From NCBI GenBank assembly GCA_027593235.1, contig JAQCIU010000021.1:1-53508 (forward strand): a stretch of 53,508 nt of DNA. Direction: 5' to 3'. The notes beneath the pieces were generated by a model. The model was not told where the DNA came from. It was given only the letters and a program-made list of their open reading frames with translations, and did not search any database. Shown here in pieces: positions 19,908 to 30,278 of the stretch (positions are counted from its first letter, which is position 1; the number at the start of each line of letters is the position of its first letter). Both the position numbers and the translations under genes were made by a program. The DNA is from Chloroflexota bacterium (lineage in GTDB: Bacteria; Chloroflexota; Dehalococcoidia; UBA2979).

Positions 19908-20738
19908 TCACGCCTCTTCATCGGGGGCGGCCATGCGCGGCACAATCACCGGTGCACCTGTCGCGGGATCGATGAGCACGGTCACCTCGGCATCGAACAG
20001 TTCCGCGATGTGGTCCGCGGTGATGACCTCACCGGGTTCGCCGTCATGCATCACCCGCCCGTCGCGGATCGCGATCACGCGACGAGCGTAGTGCGCAGCC
20101 TGCGTGACGTCGTGTAGCACCATCACCACCGTGATCCCGCGCTCTCGATTGAGGCGGCCCAGCAGCCGCAGCAGCTCCGCCTGATGCCCGATATCGAGGA
20201 ACGTCGTCGGCTCGTCCAGCAACAGCACGTCCGGCTCGCGCGCCAGCGACATGGCGATCCACGCCCGCTGATGCTCACCCCCGGACAACGTGCCAAGCGC
20301 ACGCCCACGAAGATCCGCCGTCCCAGTCTGAAGCAGTGACTCCTCCACCGCATCGTGGTCTTCCACACGTGCGGCCGCCCACAACCCCCGGTTCGGATAG
20401 CGCCCGCGCCACACCAACTCCTCGACGGTCAGGTCCCGGGGACCCTCCGGTGCCTGCGGTAGGTACGCCACCCGCCGCGCCAGATCGCGCGGCCGGATGC
20501 CGCCCAGATCGGCGCCATCGAAGTGCACCGACCCTGCCGTCGGGGTCACCAGCCGCGCCAGCGTGCGTAGCAACGTCGATTTCCCAGAGCCATTCGGCCC
20601 GATCAGCACCGCCAGTTCGCCCGCCTCGATCGACAGCGAAACGCCGTGCAGCACCTCGCGCGAGCCATAGCCCACGCGCAGCTCGCTCGCCTGGATCCGC
20701 GCCACCGCCGGCGCCGCCACCGAGGCAGGCGCCGTCAC
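19908..20738 (-). CDS. Fe-siderophore/cobalamin-type ABC transporter ATPase
   Basis: GPNGSGKST, LSGGE, LLLDEPTTFLD, VLHD. Confidence 0.95.
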   Translation of the reverse strand: MTAPASVAAPAVARIQASELRVGYGSREVLHGVSLSIEAGELAVLIGPNGSGKSTLLRTLARLVTPTAGSVHFDGADLGGIRPRDLARRVAYLPQAPEGPRDLTVEELVWRGRYPNRGLWAAARVEDHDAVEESLLQTGTADLRGRALGTLSGGEHQRAWIAMSLAREPDVLLLDEPTTFLDIGHQAELLRLLGRLNRERGITVVMVLHDVTQAAHYARRVIAIRDGRVMHDGEPGEVITADHIAELFDAEVTVLIDPATGAPVIVPRMAAPDEEA

Positions 20739-21733
20739 GTGCGCATCCGGATCAGCAGCAAGAACACCGGCGCACCGATCACCGCGGTCAGGATCCCCAC
20801 CGGGATCTCCGCCGGCGCGATCACCACCCTCGAGAGCGTGTCGGCCAGTACCAGCAAGCTCGCGCCCAGCAGCGCCGCCAGCGGCGCCGATCGCCGGTGA
20901 TCGGAGCCAACGAGGAGTCGCGCGCCGTGCGGGACCACCAGCCCGACGAATGCCAGCATCCCGCTTACCGCCACCGCGGATCCCGTCAGGCCCGCCGCCA
21001 GCACCACCAGCAGCAGCCGCATCCGTTCAACCTGCATCCCGAGGCCCCGCGCGACGTCATCGCCCAGCGCCAGCACATTCAGCGCGCCGGCAACCGCTAG
21101 CGACGTCGCTCCGAGGGCGAACGTATACGGGGCGATCTGGCGGGCATCGTCCCAATTCCGCGCGAACAACCCGCCCGCCAGGAAACTGAGCACCCGCTGC
21201 GTGAAGAGATCGGAGTTCGCCAGCACCGCCGTGCTCAATGCCGTAAACAGCGCCGCCGTCGCCACGCCCGAGAGCGCGAAGCGCACCGGCGAGATGCCAC
21301 CGCGCCACGCCAGCCCATAGACGACCATCGCGGCGGCGATCGCCCCGAGGAACGCGGCTGGCGCCACCAGCTCGATCGGCGTTCCTGGTGCCGCCACCAC
21401 TACCGTGATCGTCGCGAAGCCGGCGCCCGCCGAGAGCCCCAGCACGTGCGGTCCGGCCAGCGGGTTGCGGGTCACACCCTGGAGCAGCACTCCGGCGACC
21501 GAGAGGTTCGCACCGACCAACGCCGCCACCAGCACCCGCGGGACGCGGAGCTGCCAGACGATCTGCCGTGCCGCGCTGTCGCCCTGGTCGAACAGCCCAT
21601 TCAGCACCCGACTGGGCCCGAGGCTCACCGCGCCCAGCGACACCGCCGCCGCCATCGAGGCGAGCAAGAACAGCGCCGAGACAAGGAACACGCCGTTCGT
21701 GTCGAAGCGGCCGCCCACTGCCTGGCGCTGCAC
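20735..21733 (-). CDS. FecCD/BtuC-family ABC permease
   Basis: LRVPRVL, RNPLAGP, LGDDVARGLG, FVGLVVPH, EIPVG. Confidence 0.95.
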   Translation of the reverse strand: MQRQAVGGRFDTNGVFLVSALFLLASMAAAVSLGAVSLGPSRVLNGLFDQGDSAARQIVWQLRVPRVLVAALVGANLSVAGVLLQGVTRNPLAGPHVLGLSAGAGFATITVVVAAPGTPIELVAPAAFLGAIAAAMVVYGLAWRGGISPVRFALSGVATAALFTALSTAVLANSDLFTQRVLSFLAGGLFARNWDDARQIAPYTFALGATSLAVAGALNVLALGDDVARGLGMQVERMRLLLVVLAAGLTGSAVAVSGMLAFVGLVVPHGARLLVGSDHRRSAPLAALLGASLLVLADTLSRVVIAPAEIPVGILTAVIGAPVFLLLIRMRT

Positions 21734-21751
21734 GTTCTGACTGCCGCCCGG

Positions 21752-22750
21752 CTATTCGATGCCGAAGAGCAGCCGCGCAAGCTCGTACAGCCCGTCGGCC
21801 GCGCGCGGCCCCGGCGCCTGCAAGAAGATTTCGAGGTCGAGGTCGTGCACCCGTCCGTCAGTCACAGCGGTCGTCTCGGCGAACGTTTCATCCGCCAGCA
21901 CCGAGTCCGCCAACGAGGGGCCACCGGCCGTAATCGTCAGGATCACTTCAGGATCCGTCTCGACAATCGCCTCGAGTGAGAGCTGCGTGTACCCGGGGTA
22001 GCGCCCCGTCTCCGGTTGGCCCTCCGCCACGTTCGCGCCGCCAACCTTCGCGACGAGGTCGCCGACGAACGAGTTCGGCAGCGCGACGAACAGGTCGTCG
22101 ATCGCGCCGTTGACGATGAGCACGCGCGGCGCGGTCATCCCGGCGGTCGCTGCCTGCACCTCGTCCAGCACGTCTTCCATCGCCGTCGCGGCCGCTTCGG
22201 CCTCGGCGTCGTGGCCGATCACCGTGCCGACCAGGCGAATCGAGGCGGTGACGTCCTGGTAGGTCACGGCCCCCACGAACAGCACCGGCACGCCCTGCAG
22301 CGCACCACCGAACGCCTCCGCAAGGTGTCCCTGCGCGGACGCGTCGGCGATCACCAGATCAGGGGCCAGCGCAATAATCGCCTCGAACGCGGGCTGGTAC
22401 GACGGCCCAATCGAGGGCAGCGTGTCGACGCCGGCCGGGTGAACGGCCGTCTCCGATCGCGCAATCGCGGTACCGCCTGCGGCGTACAGGATTTCGATCG
22501 CCGAGGGACTAGTCGTGACGATCGTTTGCGGCGCTGCTGCCAGCGTCACCTCGCGCCCCATCAGGTCGCGGACCGTCATCGGGTAAGTGGGGGCCGCCGC
22601 GGTCGCCTCGATCGTGGCAGTCGCCTCGGTCGTGGCGGTCACCTCGGTCGTGGCCGTTGCCGTCGCATCGCCGTCGTCCGAGCAAGCAGCGAAGAGCAAC
22701 CCGCCGAGTACCCCGGCCACCAGCAGAACTCGTCCCCAACGGTCTCGCAT
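21752..22750 (-). CDS. Periplasmic-binding-protein type 2 (BtuF/FhuD-like) lipoprotein
   Basis: FAAC lipobox, Thr/Ala linker, YPMTVRDLMGREVTL, EAIIALAPDLV, PGPR. Confidence 0.92.
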   Translation of the reverse strand: MRDRWGRVLLVAGVLGGLLFAACSDDGDATATATTEVTATTEATATIEATAAAPTYPMTVRDLMGREVTLAAAPQTIVTTSPSAIEILYAAGGTAIARSETAVHPAGVDTLPSIGPSYQPAFEAIIALAPDLVIADASAQGHLAEAFGGALQGVPVLFVGAVTYQDVTASIRLVGTVIGHDAEAEAAATAMEDVLDEVQAATAGMTAPRVLIVNGAIDDLFVALPNSFVGDLVAKVGGANVAEGQPETGRYPGYTQLSLEAIVETDPEVILTITAGGPSLADSVLADETFAETTAVTDGRVHDLDLEIFLQAPGPRAADGLYELARLLFGIE

Positions 22751-22838
22751 CGCGCCCCCTGGCTCGCTGTGCACTGTTTCACAACCGGCACATGCTCACT
22801 GGCAATTCTCCGAGGGTCAACGACAGATTTAGTGAGCT

Positions 22839-23347
22839 TTAGGAAGAAGAGCCCGCAAGCGCGCCGCGCCCACCGACGAAAGACCCGGAAAGAAGTGACG
22901 CAATCTGCGCGATGTGCAGGCTGTCGTGATACGCGGCCTGGTGCAGTAGCTCCGCCACCCGCACCTCCCCGACCTCCGCGTGCACGCCCGACCGTCCGAG
23001 GTCCGCCGCCGACAGCTCCGCGCCAAGCGCGGGATGCGCCGCGCGCTCTCCCTCGAGGATCGCGATCAGCTCCGCTGCTGGCCGCCCCCGCAGCCCCGAG
23101 GCAGCCAGTTCCCCTTCCTCGTCGTACCAGGCGAAGGTCGGCGCGTCCTCGGTCAGCGCGCGGCGCGCCCGCTCGAGGGCGCCCAGTCGCCCCGCCACCA
23201 CGAGGTGTGCGTCACGTGCGAGGGCGACCAGCTCTCGGCGCCGCGCGCCGCCGTAACCACCTCCGGCTGGCCTTGGATCAGCGCCCGCAGCACCTCGGGG
23301 GTCGCGCGAATCGCCGCGATCGTTCCCGGTAGCAACTCCGCGCTCAC
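22839..23347 (-). pseudogene. DinB/YfiT-family protein split by a 1-nt frameshift
   Basis: N-part (ATPEVLRAL...WSPSHV) and C-part (HLVV...HDSLHIAQI) lie in different frames and join at about 23210; GTG start overlaps the DUF2087 stop. Confidence 0.75.
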
Positions 23348-23679
23348 GACCGCGCCTCGAACGACTCGAGCCAGTACGCCGATCCGCTCGCCGTCCGCGC
23401 GACGAACCCCTCCTCCACCAACCAGCGCCGCAGCAGCGCGGCGTCTTTGAACGAGTGCAACGAGTTCAGCAGCTCGTTCACTTCCGCCTCGGAGATCCGG
23501 GTGTCGGGCTCGAAATGCTGGGCGAGATGTTCGAGGATCAGCAGCCGCTGGGACCGGCGCGTCGGCCAACGCGCGACCCGACCGTCCGCATCGAGCAACC
23601 GCGCGAGGATCCGCGACCGCTTCCGCAGCGCCGCGATCGGATCGTCGGGAGCACCGGCGGGGGTGGAGAGATTCGCCAT
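23344..23679 (-). CDS. DUF2087-family protein
   Basis: WPTRRSQRLLILEHL, FEPD..SEAEVNELL, DAALLRRWLVEEG...GSAYW. Confidence 0.85.
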   Translation of the reverse strand: MANLSTPAGAPDDPIAALRKRSRILARLLDADGRVARWPTRRSQRLLILEHLAQHFEPDTRISEAEVNELLNSLHSFKDAALLRRWLVEEGFVARTASGSAYWLESFEARS

Positions 23680-23784
23680 GCCGTCCTCGATCGACCCGCT
23701 TCGCTCCACAGTACGATCCGCCGCACGGCTGGACACGTCACCTCGTCAGGGCATACATACTCCGCGAGTCCCGAGGAGATCCCG

Positions 23785-24417
23785 ATGGCCACGATGACCT
23801 TTTGCCCGCGCTGCGCGAATCGGCTGACCACCAAGCACGACGGCGGTCGCGACCGCCAGGCCTGCCCGGACGACGCTTGTGGATTCATCCACTTCGGCGA
23901 CTTCTCGATCGGCTGCTCCGGCGTCGTCATTCGCGAGGAGGAGGGTGTGACCAAGGCACTGCTCGTCCAGCGCGGACAGAACCCCTTCGCTGGTTCGTGG
24001 CAACTGCCGGGCGGTTATGCCGAGCACGACGAACCGCTGTCGCTCGCCGTTGAGCGTGAGGTCGAGGAAGAGGCCGGCGTCATCGCGAAGGTCAGCGACG
24101 TCGTCGCCTTCCGCCACTCCCTCGGTGGCTCAATCGGCGGTCCGAGCACCAACATCTACATGATCTTCCGCCTCGATCTGATCGAGGGCGAACCGAAGCA
24201 CGACGGCGTCGAGATCGCCGCTGCCGGCTTCTTCAGCCTTGCTGAAATGGGACAAATGGAAGCCGTGCAGGGCCTCTCTCGCTGGGGCATCGAGCAGGCG
24301 TTGATCACCAACCGCGGCTCCGGACTGTCCCCGGATCGCCACGCCCCCGGTGCCGAACGTCCCGGCTGGCAACTCTTCGGCCTCGAGTCCGTCGATCCAT
24401 CCGTCTGGCGCCGCTAG
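23785..24417 (+). CDS. NUDIX hydrolase with N-terminal zinc ribbon
   Basis: FCPRC...CPDDAC; Nudix box GGYAEHDEPLSLAVEREVEEEAG. Confidence 0.92.
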   Translation: MATMTFCPRCANRLTTKHDGGRDRQACPDDACGFIHFGDFSIGCSGVVIREEEGVTKALLVQRGQNPFAGSWQLPGGYAEHDEPLSLAVEREVEEEAGVIAKVSDVVAFRHSLGGSIGGPSTNIYMIFRLDLIEGEPKHDGVEIAAAGFFSLAEMGQMEAVQGLSRWGIEQALITNRGSGLSPDRHAPGAERPGWQLFGLESVDPSVWRR

Positions 24418-24453
24418 CCCACTTCCGAGGGCAACAGAAAGAAACGAGGCCCG

Positions 24454-26031
24454 ATGTTCGATCTCGTGCTCCGCGGCGGCGACGTCGTCGACGGAACGGG
24501 CGTGCCGCGCGTCCATGCGGACATCGGCATCACGGGCGACGAGATCAGCGAGATCGGCAACCTCGAGGACGCCGAGACGCGGGAGACGATCGATGTCACT
24601 GGCCTCGTCGTCGCGCCGGGCTTCATCGACACGCATGCCCATTCGGACGGCGCACTACTGAACGATCCGCAGCACGAGAACGGCCTACGCCAGGGCATCA
24701 CCACCGAGATCATCGCCCAGGACGGCATGTCCTTCGCCCCGCTCTCGCCCGCCAACTTCGAGGCCCATCGCGAGTACCTCGGCGGGATCCTGCAGCAGCC
24801 GCCGGCCAGCCTGGACACCAGCTCGATCGGCGCCTTCCTCGATAGCTACGACGGCGTCGGCTGCAACACCGTCATGCTCGTCCCGCACGGCCCGGTCCGC
24901 CTCGAGACCCTCGGCTTCGAGGACCAGCCGCTCGTCGGAGAGCCGCTCGAGCACGCCCGCCGCCTCGTCGCCGAGGGCATGGAGCAGGGCGCGCGCGGCC
25001 TCGCGACCGGCCTCAGCTACTACCCGCAGTCCTATTCCACGACCGAGGAGCTGACCGCGCTCTGCGAGGTGGTGGCGGAGCACGACGGCGTGTACGTCAC
25101 CCACGTCCGCAATCACAACACGGACCGCGCCTTCGGCGGTGGCGGCGTCGTCGAAGCCCTCGAGATCGGTCGCCGCAGCGGCGTGAAGGTTCACATCTCC
25201 CACTACCGCACCAGCGTCCCCAACGCCGGCCAGGTCGAAGAGCTGATGAAGGACATCGACGCTGCCAAGTCCGAGGGCGTCGACGTCACGATCGAGTGCT
25301 ACCCGTACGTCGTCGGCTCGACCGTCCCCGGCTACTTCCTGCCCGGCGAGTTCCACGAGGGCGGCGCCGAAGGCATGCTCGCGCGCCTCGGCACCGCCGA
25401 TGGCTACCAGTCCGCGTTGCGCGCCCTGGAAGCCTGGGGCGGGGTGCTCGACACGGGGTGTTGGACCTATCTGTCCACCGAGGGCAACCAGGACCTGATC
25501 GGCCTCGGGTTCGCCGATGCGGCCGCCCAGCGCGAGGTATCCGTCGAGCAGATGATGCTCGACGTCATGCTGGAGGAGGGCCTGCAGTGCGGCTTCCGCT
25601 ACGCCCCGAGCCCGAGCGTCGGCCGCATCCGCCAGGTCGAGGCCGACATCATGGAACTCCTCGATCGCGACGACTACATGATCGGCAGCGACGCGATCCC
25701 GCTGCCCGGCATCCCGCACCCGCGGGCGTACGGCTGCTTCCCGCGCTTCGTTGGTCGCCTCCGCCGCCGTCACAACCGACCGCTGGAGCGGGTCGTCCAG
25801 CGCGTCACCCAGAATCCGGCGCGTCGATTCTCCCTCGATCGCCGTGGCGAGGTCCGCGCGGGCTTCATCGCCGACCTCGTCGTCTTCAGCGACGCCGACA
25901 TCATCGACCTCTCGACGTTCGAGGACCCTGCGGTCGCGCCGGCCGGCATCCCTTACGTCCTCGTGAACGGCCAGGTCGCGGTGGACCGTGACGGCGTCAC
26001 CGGCGCGCTTGCCGGCAAGGCGGTCCGTTGA
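24454..26031 (+). CDS. N-acyl-D-amino-acid deacylase family amidohydrolase
   Basis: PGFIDTHAHSD, THVR, HISH, GSD, HPRAYGCFPR. Confidence 0.92.
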   Translation: MFDLVLRGGDVVDGTGVPRVHADIGITGDEISEIGNLEDAETRETIDVTGLVVAPGFIDTHAHSDGALLNDPQHENGLRQGITTEIIAQDGMSFAPLSPANFEAHREYLGGILQQPPASLDTSSIGAFLDSYDGVGCNTVMLVPHGPVRLETLGFEDQPLVGEPLEHARRLVAEGMEQGARGLATGLSYYPQSYSTTEELTALCEVVAEHDGVYVTHVRNHNTDRAFGGGGVVEALEIGRRSGVKVHISHYRTSVPNAGQVEELMKDIDAAKSEGVDVTIECYPYVVGSTVPGYFLPGEFHEGGAEGMLARLGTADGYQSALRALEAWGGVLDTGCWTYLSTEGNQDLIGLGFADAAAQREVSVEQMMLDVMLEEGLQCGFRYAPSPSVGRIRQVEADIMELLDRDDYMIGSDAIPLPGIPHPRAYGCFPRFVGRLRRRHNRPLERVVQRVTQNPARRFSLDRRGEVRAGFIADLVVFSDADIIDLSTFEDPAVAPAGIPYVLVNGQVAVDRDGVTGALAGKAVR

Positions 26032-26110
26032 GCCCCCGCCGGTACGGCGATCGATTGAGTAGGTCCGATCCGGCGCGTACTGTCGTCCACTCATCGCGGG
26101 AGGCGAACGC

Positions 26111-27166
26111 GTGACGGCGACCGGACAGGCCACCCAGACACCCTCGTGGATTCAGCGGATGGGTCCCGGCCTCGCCCTGGCGACCGTGGTCGCCGCGATC
26201 GCGTGGGGGCTGGTCGAGCTCGAAAAGGGCCTGATCGATGACGCCGTCATCGACGCCCTGGTCGTCGCCATCATCGCCGGCATCCTGCTCCGCAACTTGC
26301 TTACCTTGCCGACCGCAATCGATGCCGGCTCTCGCTACGCCTCGAAGCAGGTGTTGGAAGCCTCGATCTTCCTGCTCGGCGCCAGCGTCGATGTCGGCCA
26401 GATCGTCGACGCCGGCCTGCCGCTCTTCCTCCTGATCACCGGTTCCGTGCTCGGTGGGCTCACCTTTGCGTGGCTTGTCGGCCACTTCGTGCTCGGCCTC
26501 AGCTCGCGACTCGCCGTCCTCGTCGGCGTCGGCAACTCCATCTGCGGGAACTCTGCCGTCGCCGCCGTCGCCCCCGCGATCCGCGCAACCCCTGACGAGG
26601 TCGCTGCCGCGATTGGCATCAGCGCCGTCATGGGCGTCGGCCAGATCCTGCTGCTCCCGCTGCTCGCGCCGGGCCTCGATATGACGAACTACCAGTACGG
26701 CGTCGTCGCCGGCATCGCCGTCTACGCCGTGCCGCAGGTCGTCGCCGCGTCGTTCGCGGTGTCCAACCTCTCCGGCCAGACCGCGACGCTCGTGAAGCTG
26801 ATCCGTGTGCTCTTCCTCGGGCCGATGATCCTCGCCCTCGGCTTCCTCCACCGAAACAGTGGCGAGGACGACGCGCCCACCCGCACGCTCTCCCAGCAAC
26901 TCAAGGTCTACATCCCCTGGTTCGTCGCCGGATTCCTGGTGCTCGCTGCGCTCCGTAGCCTCGACCTCATCAGCGTCGACCTCGGCGACAAGGCGAAGGA
27001 CCTCAGCAAACTGCTCTTCATCGTCGCGATGGTCGGCCTCGGCATCGGCGTCGACCTCAAGAAGGTCAGCGCCGTCGGCCCCCGCGTTGCCGCGACCGTC
27101 CTCGCCTCGATGACCTTCATGATTCTCGTCGGCACCATCGGCACCTTCGCCCTCGACCTTACCTAG
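26111..27166 (+). CDS. YeiH/UPF0324 putative sulfate exporter membrane protein
   Basis: GNSICGNSAVAAVAP, VYAVPQV, TLVKLIRV, PWFV; about 10 TM segments. Confidence 0.9.
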   Translation: MTATGQATQTPSWIQRMGPGLALATVVAAIAWGLVELEKGLIDDAVIDALVVAIIAGILLRNLLTLPTAIDAGSRYASKQVLEASIFLLGASVDVGQIVDAGLPLFLLITGSVLGGLTFAWLVGHFVLGLSSRLAVLVGVGNSICGNSAVAAVAPAIRATPDEVAAAIGISAVMGVGQILLLPLLAPGLDMTNYQYGVVAGIAVYAVPQVVAASFAVSNLSGQTATLVKLIRVLFLGPMILALGFLHRNSGEDDAPTRTLSQQLKVYIPWFVAGFLVLAALRSLDLISVDLGDKAKDLSKLLFIVAMVGLGIGVDLKKVSAVGPRVAATVLASMTFMILVGTIGTFALDLT

Positions 27167-27292
27167 CTCCGAGGCACCAGTCCGCAGTTCGGACGGGAGC
27201 GCGCGACCGCAATCTCGACGCGCCGCCTGCGCACCGGAGTGCCGAGGTCAACGCCCATCCGAGGTGCGAAGCGTCGTAAGAGACCCGAAGGG

Positions 27293-28159
27293 TCAGATGC
27301 GGTACTGCTGGCGCGCGACCGGCCCGGCCTGCATCTGCGGCATCGAGGTCGCCACGGTCGCCCTCGTGCGCTCGCGACGGCGGGGCGTCAGTGCGTAGTG
27401 CGCGATCCGATCGAGGATGATCCCGATGATCCCGATCACGATGATCGCCGCGACCACCTGCTCGTAATTGAAGCGGTCGCGCGCATCGAGGATGAAGAAC
27501 CCCAGTCCGGAGTCGACGCCCAGCATCTCCGCCGGCACCAGGATGATCCACGCCGTTGTGAGTCCCAGCCGAATCCCCGTCAGCACTTCGTTGCGGATCC
27601 CCGGCCACACAATCGTGCGCAGAGTCTCGAGGCGGGTCGCCCCCAGCGACCGGCTGAGCATCAGCCAGTCACGATCGAGGGCTGACATGCCCGCCGCCGT
27701 GCTCAGCGTGATCGGCCAGACCGCACCGATCGCGATCAAGAAGTAGACCGGCGAGTCCCCAACGCCGAAGAGGATGATCGCCAGCGGCGTCCACGACAGC
27801 GGCGACACCATCCGCAGGAACGCCGTCACCGGGCTCACCGCGAGGTTGAACGTGCGGAGGCCGCCGATCGCCATCCCGAGCGGGATCCCGATCAGCGTCG
27901 CAATCCCTAGCCCGACGACGATCCGCTTCACGCTCGCCGTCATGTGACGGTTCAGATCGCCGCTCGCCAGCAGGTCGCGCAGTTCCGGCAACGCAAGGCG
28001 CGGCGACCAGTCCGCCAGGAAACTGCTCGAGTCGACGAACAGCTCGATCCACGCCAGCCAAAGCAGTACGAACACGGCGAGGCCGGCGATCGGCACGCCG
28101 ACCGCCAACGCCACCTTGGTGGCCGTGTTGCGCGACGCGGTTGCGCCGCGACTCTGCAT
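27293..28159 (-). CDS. NitT/TauT-family ABC permease
   Basis: SPLSWTPL, EAA-like SRSLGAT, LVPAEMLG..GLG. Confidence 0.92.
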   Translation of the reverse strand: MQSRGATASRNTATKVALAVGVPIAGLAVFVLLWLAWIELFVDSSSFLADWSPRLALPELRDLLASGDLNRHMTASVKRIVVGLGIATLIGIPLGMAIGGLRTFNLAVSPVTAFLRMVSPLSWTPLAIILFGVGDSPVYFLIAIGAVWPITLSTAAGMSALDRDWLMLSRSLGATRLETLRTIVWPGIRNEVLTGIRLGLTTAWIILVPAEMLGVDSGLGFFILDARDRFNYEQVVAAIIVIGIIGIILDRIAHYALTPRRRERTRATVATSMPQMQAGPVARQQYRI

Positions 28160-29397
28160 CAGACGTCGATCCGCTCTTCGCGCGTCAGTGATTCGGGCAG
28201 ATCGAACTTCGAGGGCCCGCCCAGCTCCGCGATCGCCGCGCGCGCGAACTGGTCGGCGATGAGCTGCTGATGCGCCTCGGTCGGATCGAGGCTGTCGAGG
28301 AAGGTGCGATCGCCCTCGACGACGGTCAGCTTCATCTGACGGATCAGCTCCTCGGTGTACGACTGGAACGGGAACGGCTGGAAGTCGATCCGCTCAGTGT
28401 CCCAGTCGGGATGCTGAATCGCCCCACTCGCCGTGTACTCATCGAGGTCGTAGTGCGTCAGCGCGCGCTCGATCGCCGGGAGCGGCTGCGGCAGATAGCC
28501 CTCGCCGTCCGTCGAGAGGAGCTGTGCCGCCTCGACGCGGTTCTCCCGGATATAGACCTGTGCCTCAGCAATCGAGCTAACCACGGCCTGCGCCCAGTTC
28601 GGCTTCTCCTCGACGTCGGACTGGTGCATCACCACTACGCAGCATGCGTGATCGAGCCAAACGTCTGGCACGAAGCGGAAGACCTTGCCCACGTCGTTGA
28701 TCTCGGCAACCGCGTTGAAGGGGTCGGCGACGATGTAGCCCTGGATCGAGTTGTTCGCGAGCGCCGGCGGCATGTCCGGCGGCGCCATCACGATCAGCTT
28801 CACCTCGCCGGCCGCCGCATCCGCGTCGCCCTCGGTGATCGCGGTCAGGCCGGCGTCGCGCAGCATCATCTGCAGCACGGTGTTGTGAATCGAGTACCAG
28901 AACGGCACGGCGACCGTCTGACCAGCCAGCTGGTCCAGCGAGTCGATCTCGAAGCGCGTCGTCAGTGCCGAGCCTCCGCTGTGGTTCCACGCCACGAGGT
29001 TCAGTGGGACGTCCTGCCCGAAACGCAGCCAGATCGCCATCGGCATCAGGATGTGGACGACGTCCACCTGCCGCGCCTGGAACGCCTCGGCGAGCGACGA
29101 CCAGCTGCGGAACAACGTCGGCCGCTCGGCCTCGAGGCCATGGGCTTCGTAGATGCCGCGACCGTGCGCCGCGAGCAGCGGCGATGCGTCCGTGATCGGC
29201 AGGTAGCCGACGCGCAGCGTCGTCTGTTCGAGTTCGCCGCCGTCGCCTCCGCTTGCTGCCGTCGAGGTGGCCGCATCGCCCTCGTCGTCCCCGCAGCCAA
29301 TCAGCGCTGCGCCGGCGAGTCCGGCAACGCCGATCCCGGCAAGGTGGAGAAAGCGACGGCGAGGGAGTGCGGTCCGAAGATCGGTCAGGTCTGACAT
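28159..29397 (-). CDS. NrtA/CmpA-like ABC substrate-binding lipoprotein (Tat)
   Basis: RRRFL, LIGC lipobox, GYLPITDA, VPFWYSIHN, APPDM, HACC. Confidence 0.9.
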   Translation of the reverse strand: MSDLTDLRTALPRRRFLHLAGIGVAGLAGAALIGCGDDEGDAATSTAASGGDGGELEQTTLRVGYLPITDASPLLAAHGRGIYEAHGLEAERPTLFRSWSSLAEAFQARQVDVVHILMPMAIWLRFGQDVPLNLVAWNHSGGSALTTRFEIDSLDQLAGQTVAVPFWYSIHNTVLQMMLRDAGLTAITEGDADAAAGEVKLIVMAPPDMPPALANNSIQGYIVADPFNAVAEINDVGKVFRFVPDVWLDHACCVVVMHQSDVEEKPNWAQAVVSSIAEAQVYIRENRVEAAQLLSTDGEGYLPQPLPAIERALTHYDLDEYTASGAIQHPDWDTERIDFQPFPFQSYTEELIRQMKLTVVEGDRTFLDSLDPTEAHQQLIADQFARAAIAELGGPSKFDLPESLTREERIDV

Positions 29398-29468
29398 CAG
29401 TGCACGTGTCCTGTCATTGCGAGTGCTGTTCTGGTCGTCGAGTCGCGGGGCACGCCCGCGGCTAGCTG

Positions 29469-30278
29469 CTACACACCGGCGGCCACCTGTGTGCGTGCGT
29501 CCGCAGCCACCGAGGTCGACCGCCCCGACTGCTGCAACCCGCGATACGTCGAGAGAATTTCGCGCTTGAGTTCGTCCGCCGCCCGGCTGCCGCGTTCCGC
29601 GCGCGTCGCGCGATCGAGCCGCCAGCTCTGCACGATCGTCCCCGGCGCGGGCGACATCATCGCCACCCGATCACCGAGGAACACCGCTTCGTCCACGTCG
29701 TGCGTGACGATCACCGCGGTCAGCCCGAGACTCTGCTGAATCCCGACGAGCCAGTCCTGCATCGACGCCCGCGTCAGCGGGTCCAGTGCGGAGAACGGCT
29801 CATCGAGGAGCACCACCTGCGGATTGGTGACGACCGTCCGCGCGACGGACACGCGCTGGGCCTGCCCGCCCGACAGCTCGTCCGGGTACGCCTCCACGAG
29901 GTCGCTCAACCCGAACTCCGCGATCGTCGACCGCACGGCCTCGTCATCGGCCGCGCCGCGATGCGCGCGATAGCGGAGACCGAGCTTCACGTTCTCGAGG
30001 ACGTTGAGCCACGGCAATAGCAGTGGCTGCTGGAAGACAACGCCGACGCGTGTCTCCGCGTCGCCACCGCCCGGCCAGGCGATCTCGCCGCCGCTCAGTT
30101 CGTCGAGGCCGGCGATCGCGCGCAGCAGCGTGCTCTTGCCGCACCCGCTGGGCCCGAGGAGCGCGAGAATCTCGCCCGCCTCGACGTCGAGGTCGACCGC
30201 GGAGAAGACGGGCGTCTCGTGCCCGCCGTTCACGTACGCCTTCGCGGCGTCGGTTACGCGGAGCGCGACAGCAGCCAT
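29469..30278 (-). CDS. NitT/TauT-family ABC ATPase
   Basis: GPSGCGKST, LSGGQ, DEPFSALD, THDVDEA. Confidence 0.95.
   Translation of the reverse strand: MAAVALRVTDAAKAYVNGGHETPVFSAVDLDVEAGEILALLGPSGCGKSTLLRAIAGLDELSGGEIAWPGGGDAETRVGVVFQQPLLLPWLNVLENVKLGLRYRAHRGAADDEAVRSTIAEFGLSDLVEAYPDELSGGQAQRVSVARTVVTNPQVVLLDEPFSALDPLTRASMQDWLVGIQQSLGLTAVIVTHDVDEAVFLGDRVAMMSPAPGTIVQSWRLDRATRAERGSRAADELKREILSTYRGLQQSGRSTSVAADARTQVAAGV

Noticed and set aside
22590-22670. Repetitive DNA in lipoprotein N-termini (also 6230-6360 and 18130-18240)
   Set aside because: Explained by Thr/Ala-rich protein linkers, not independent DNA elements
22751-22838. Cobalamin riboswitch ahead of the BtuF-like gene
   Set aside because: Under 90 bp available and no B12-box motif seen
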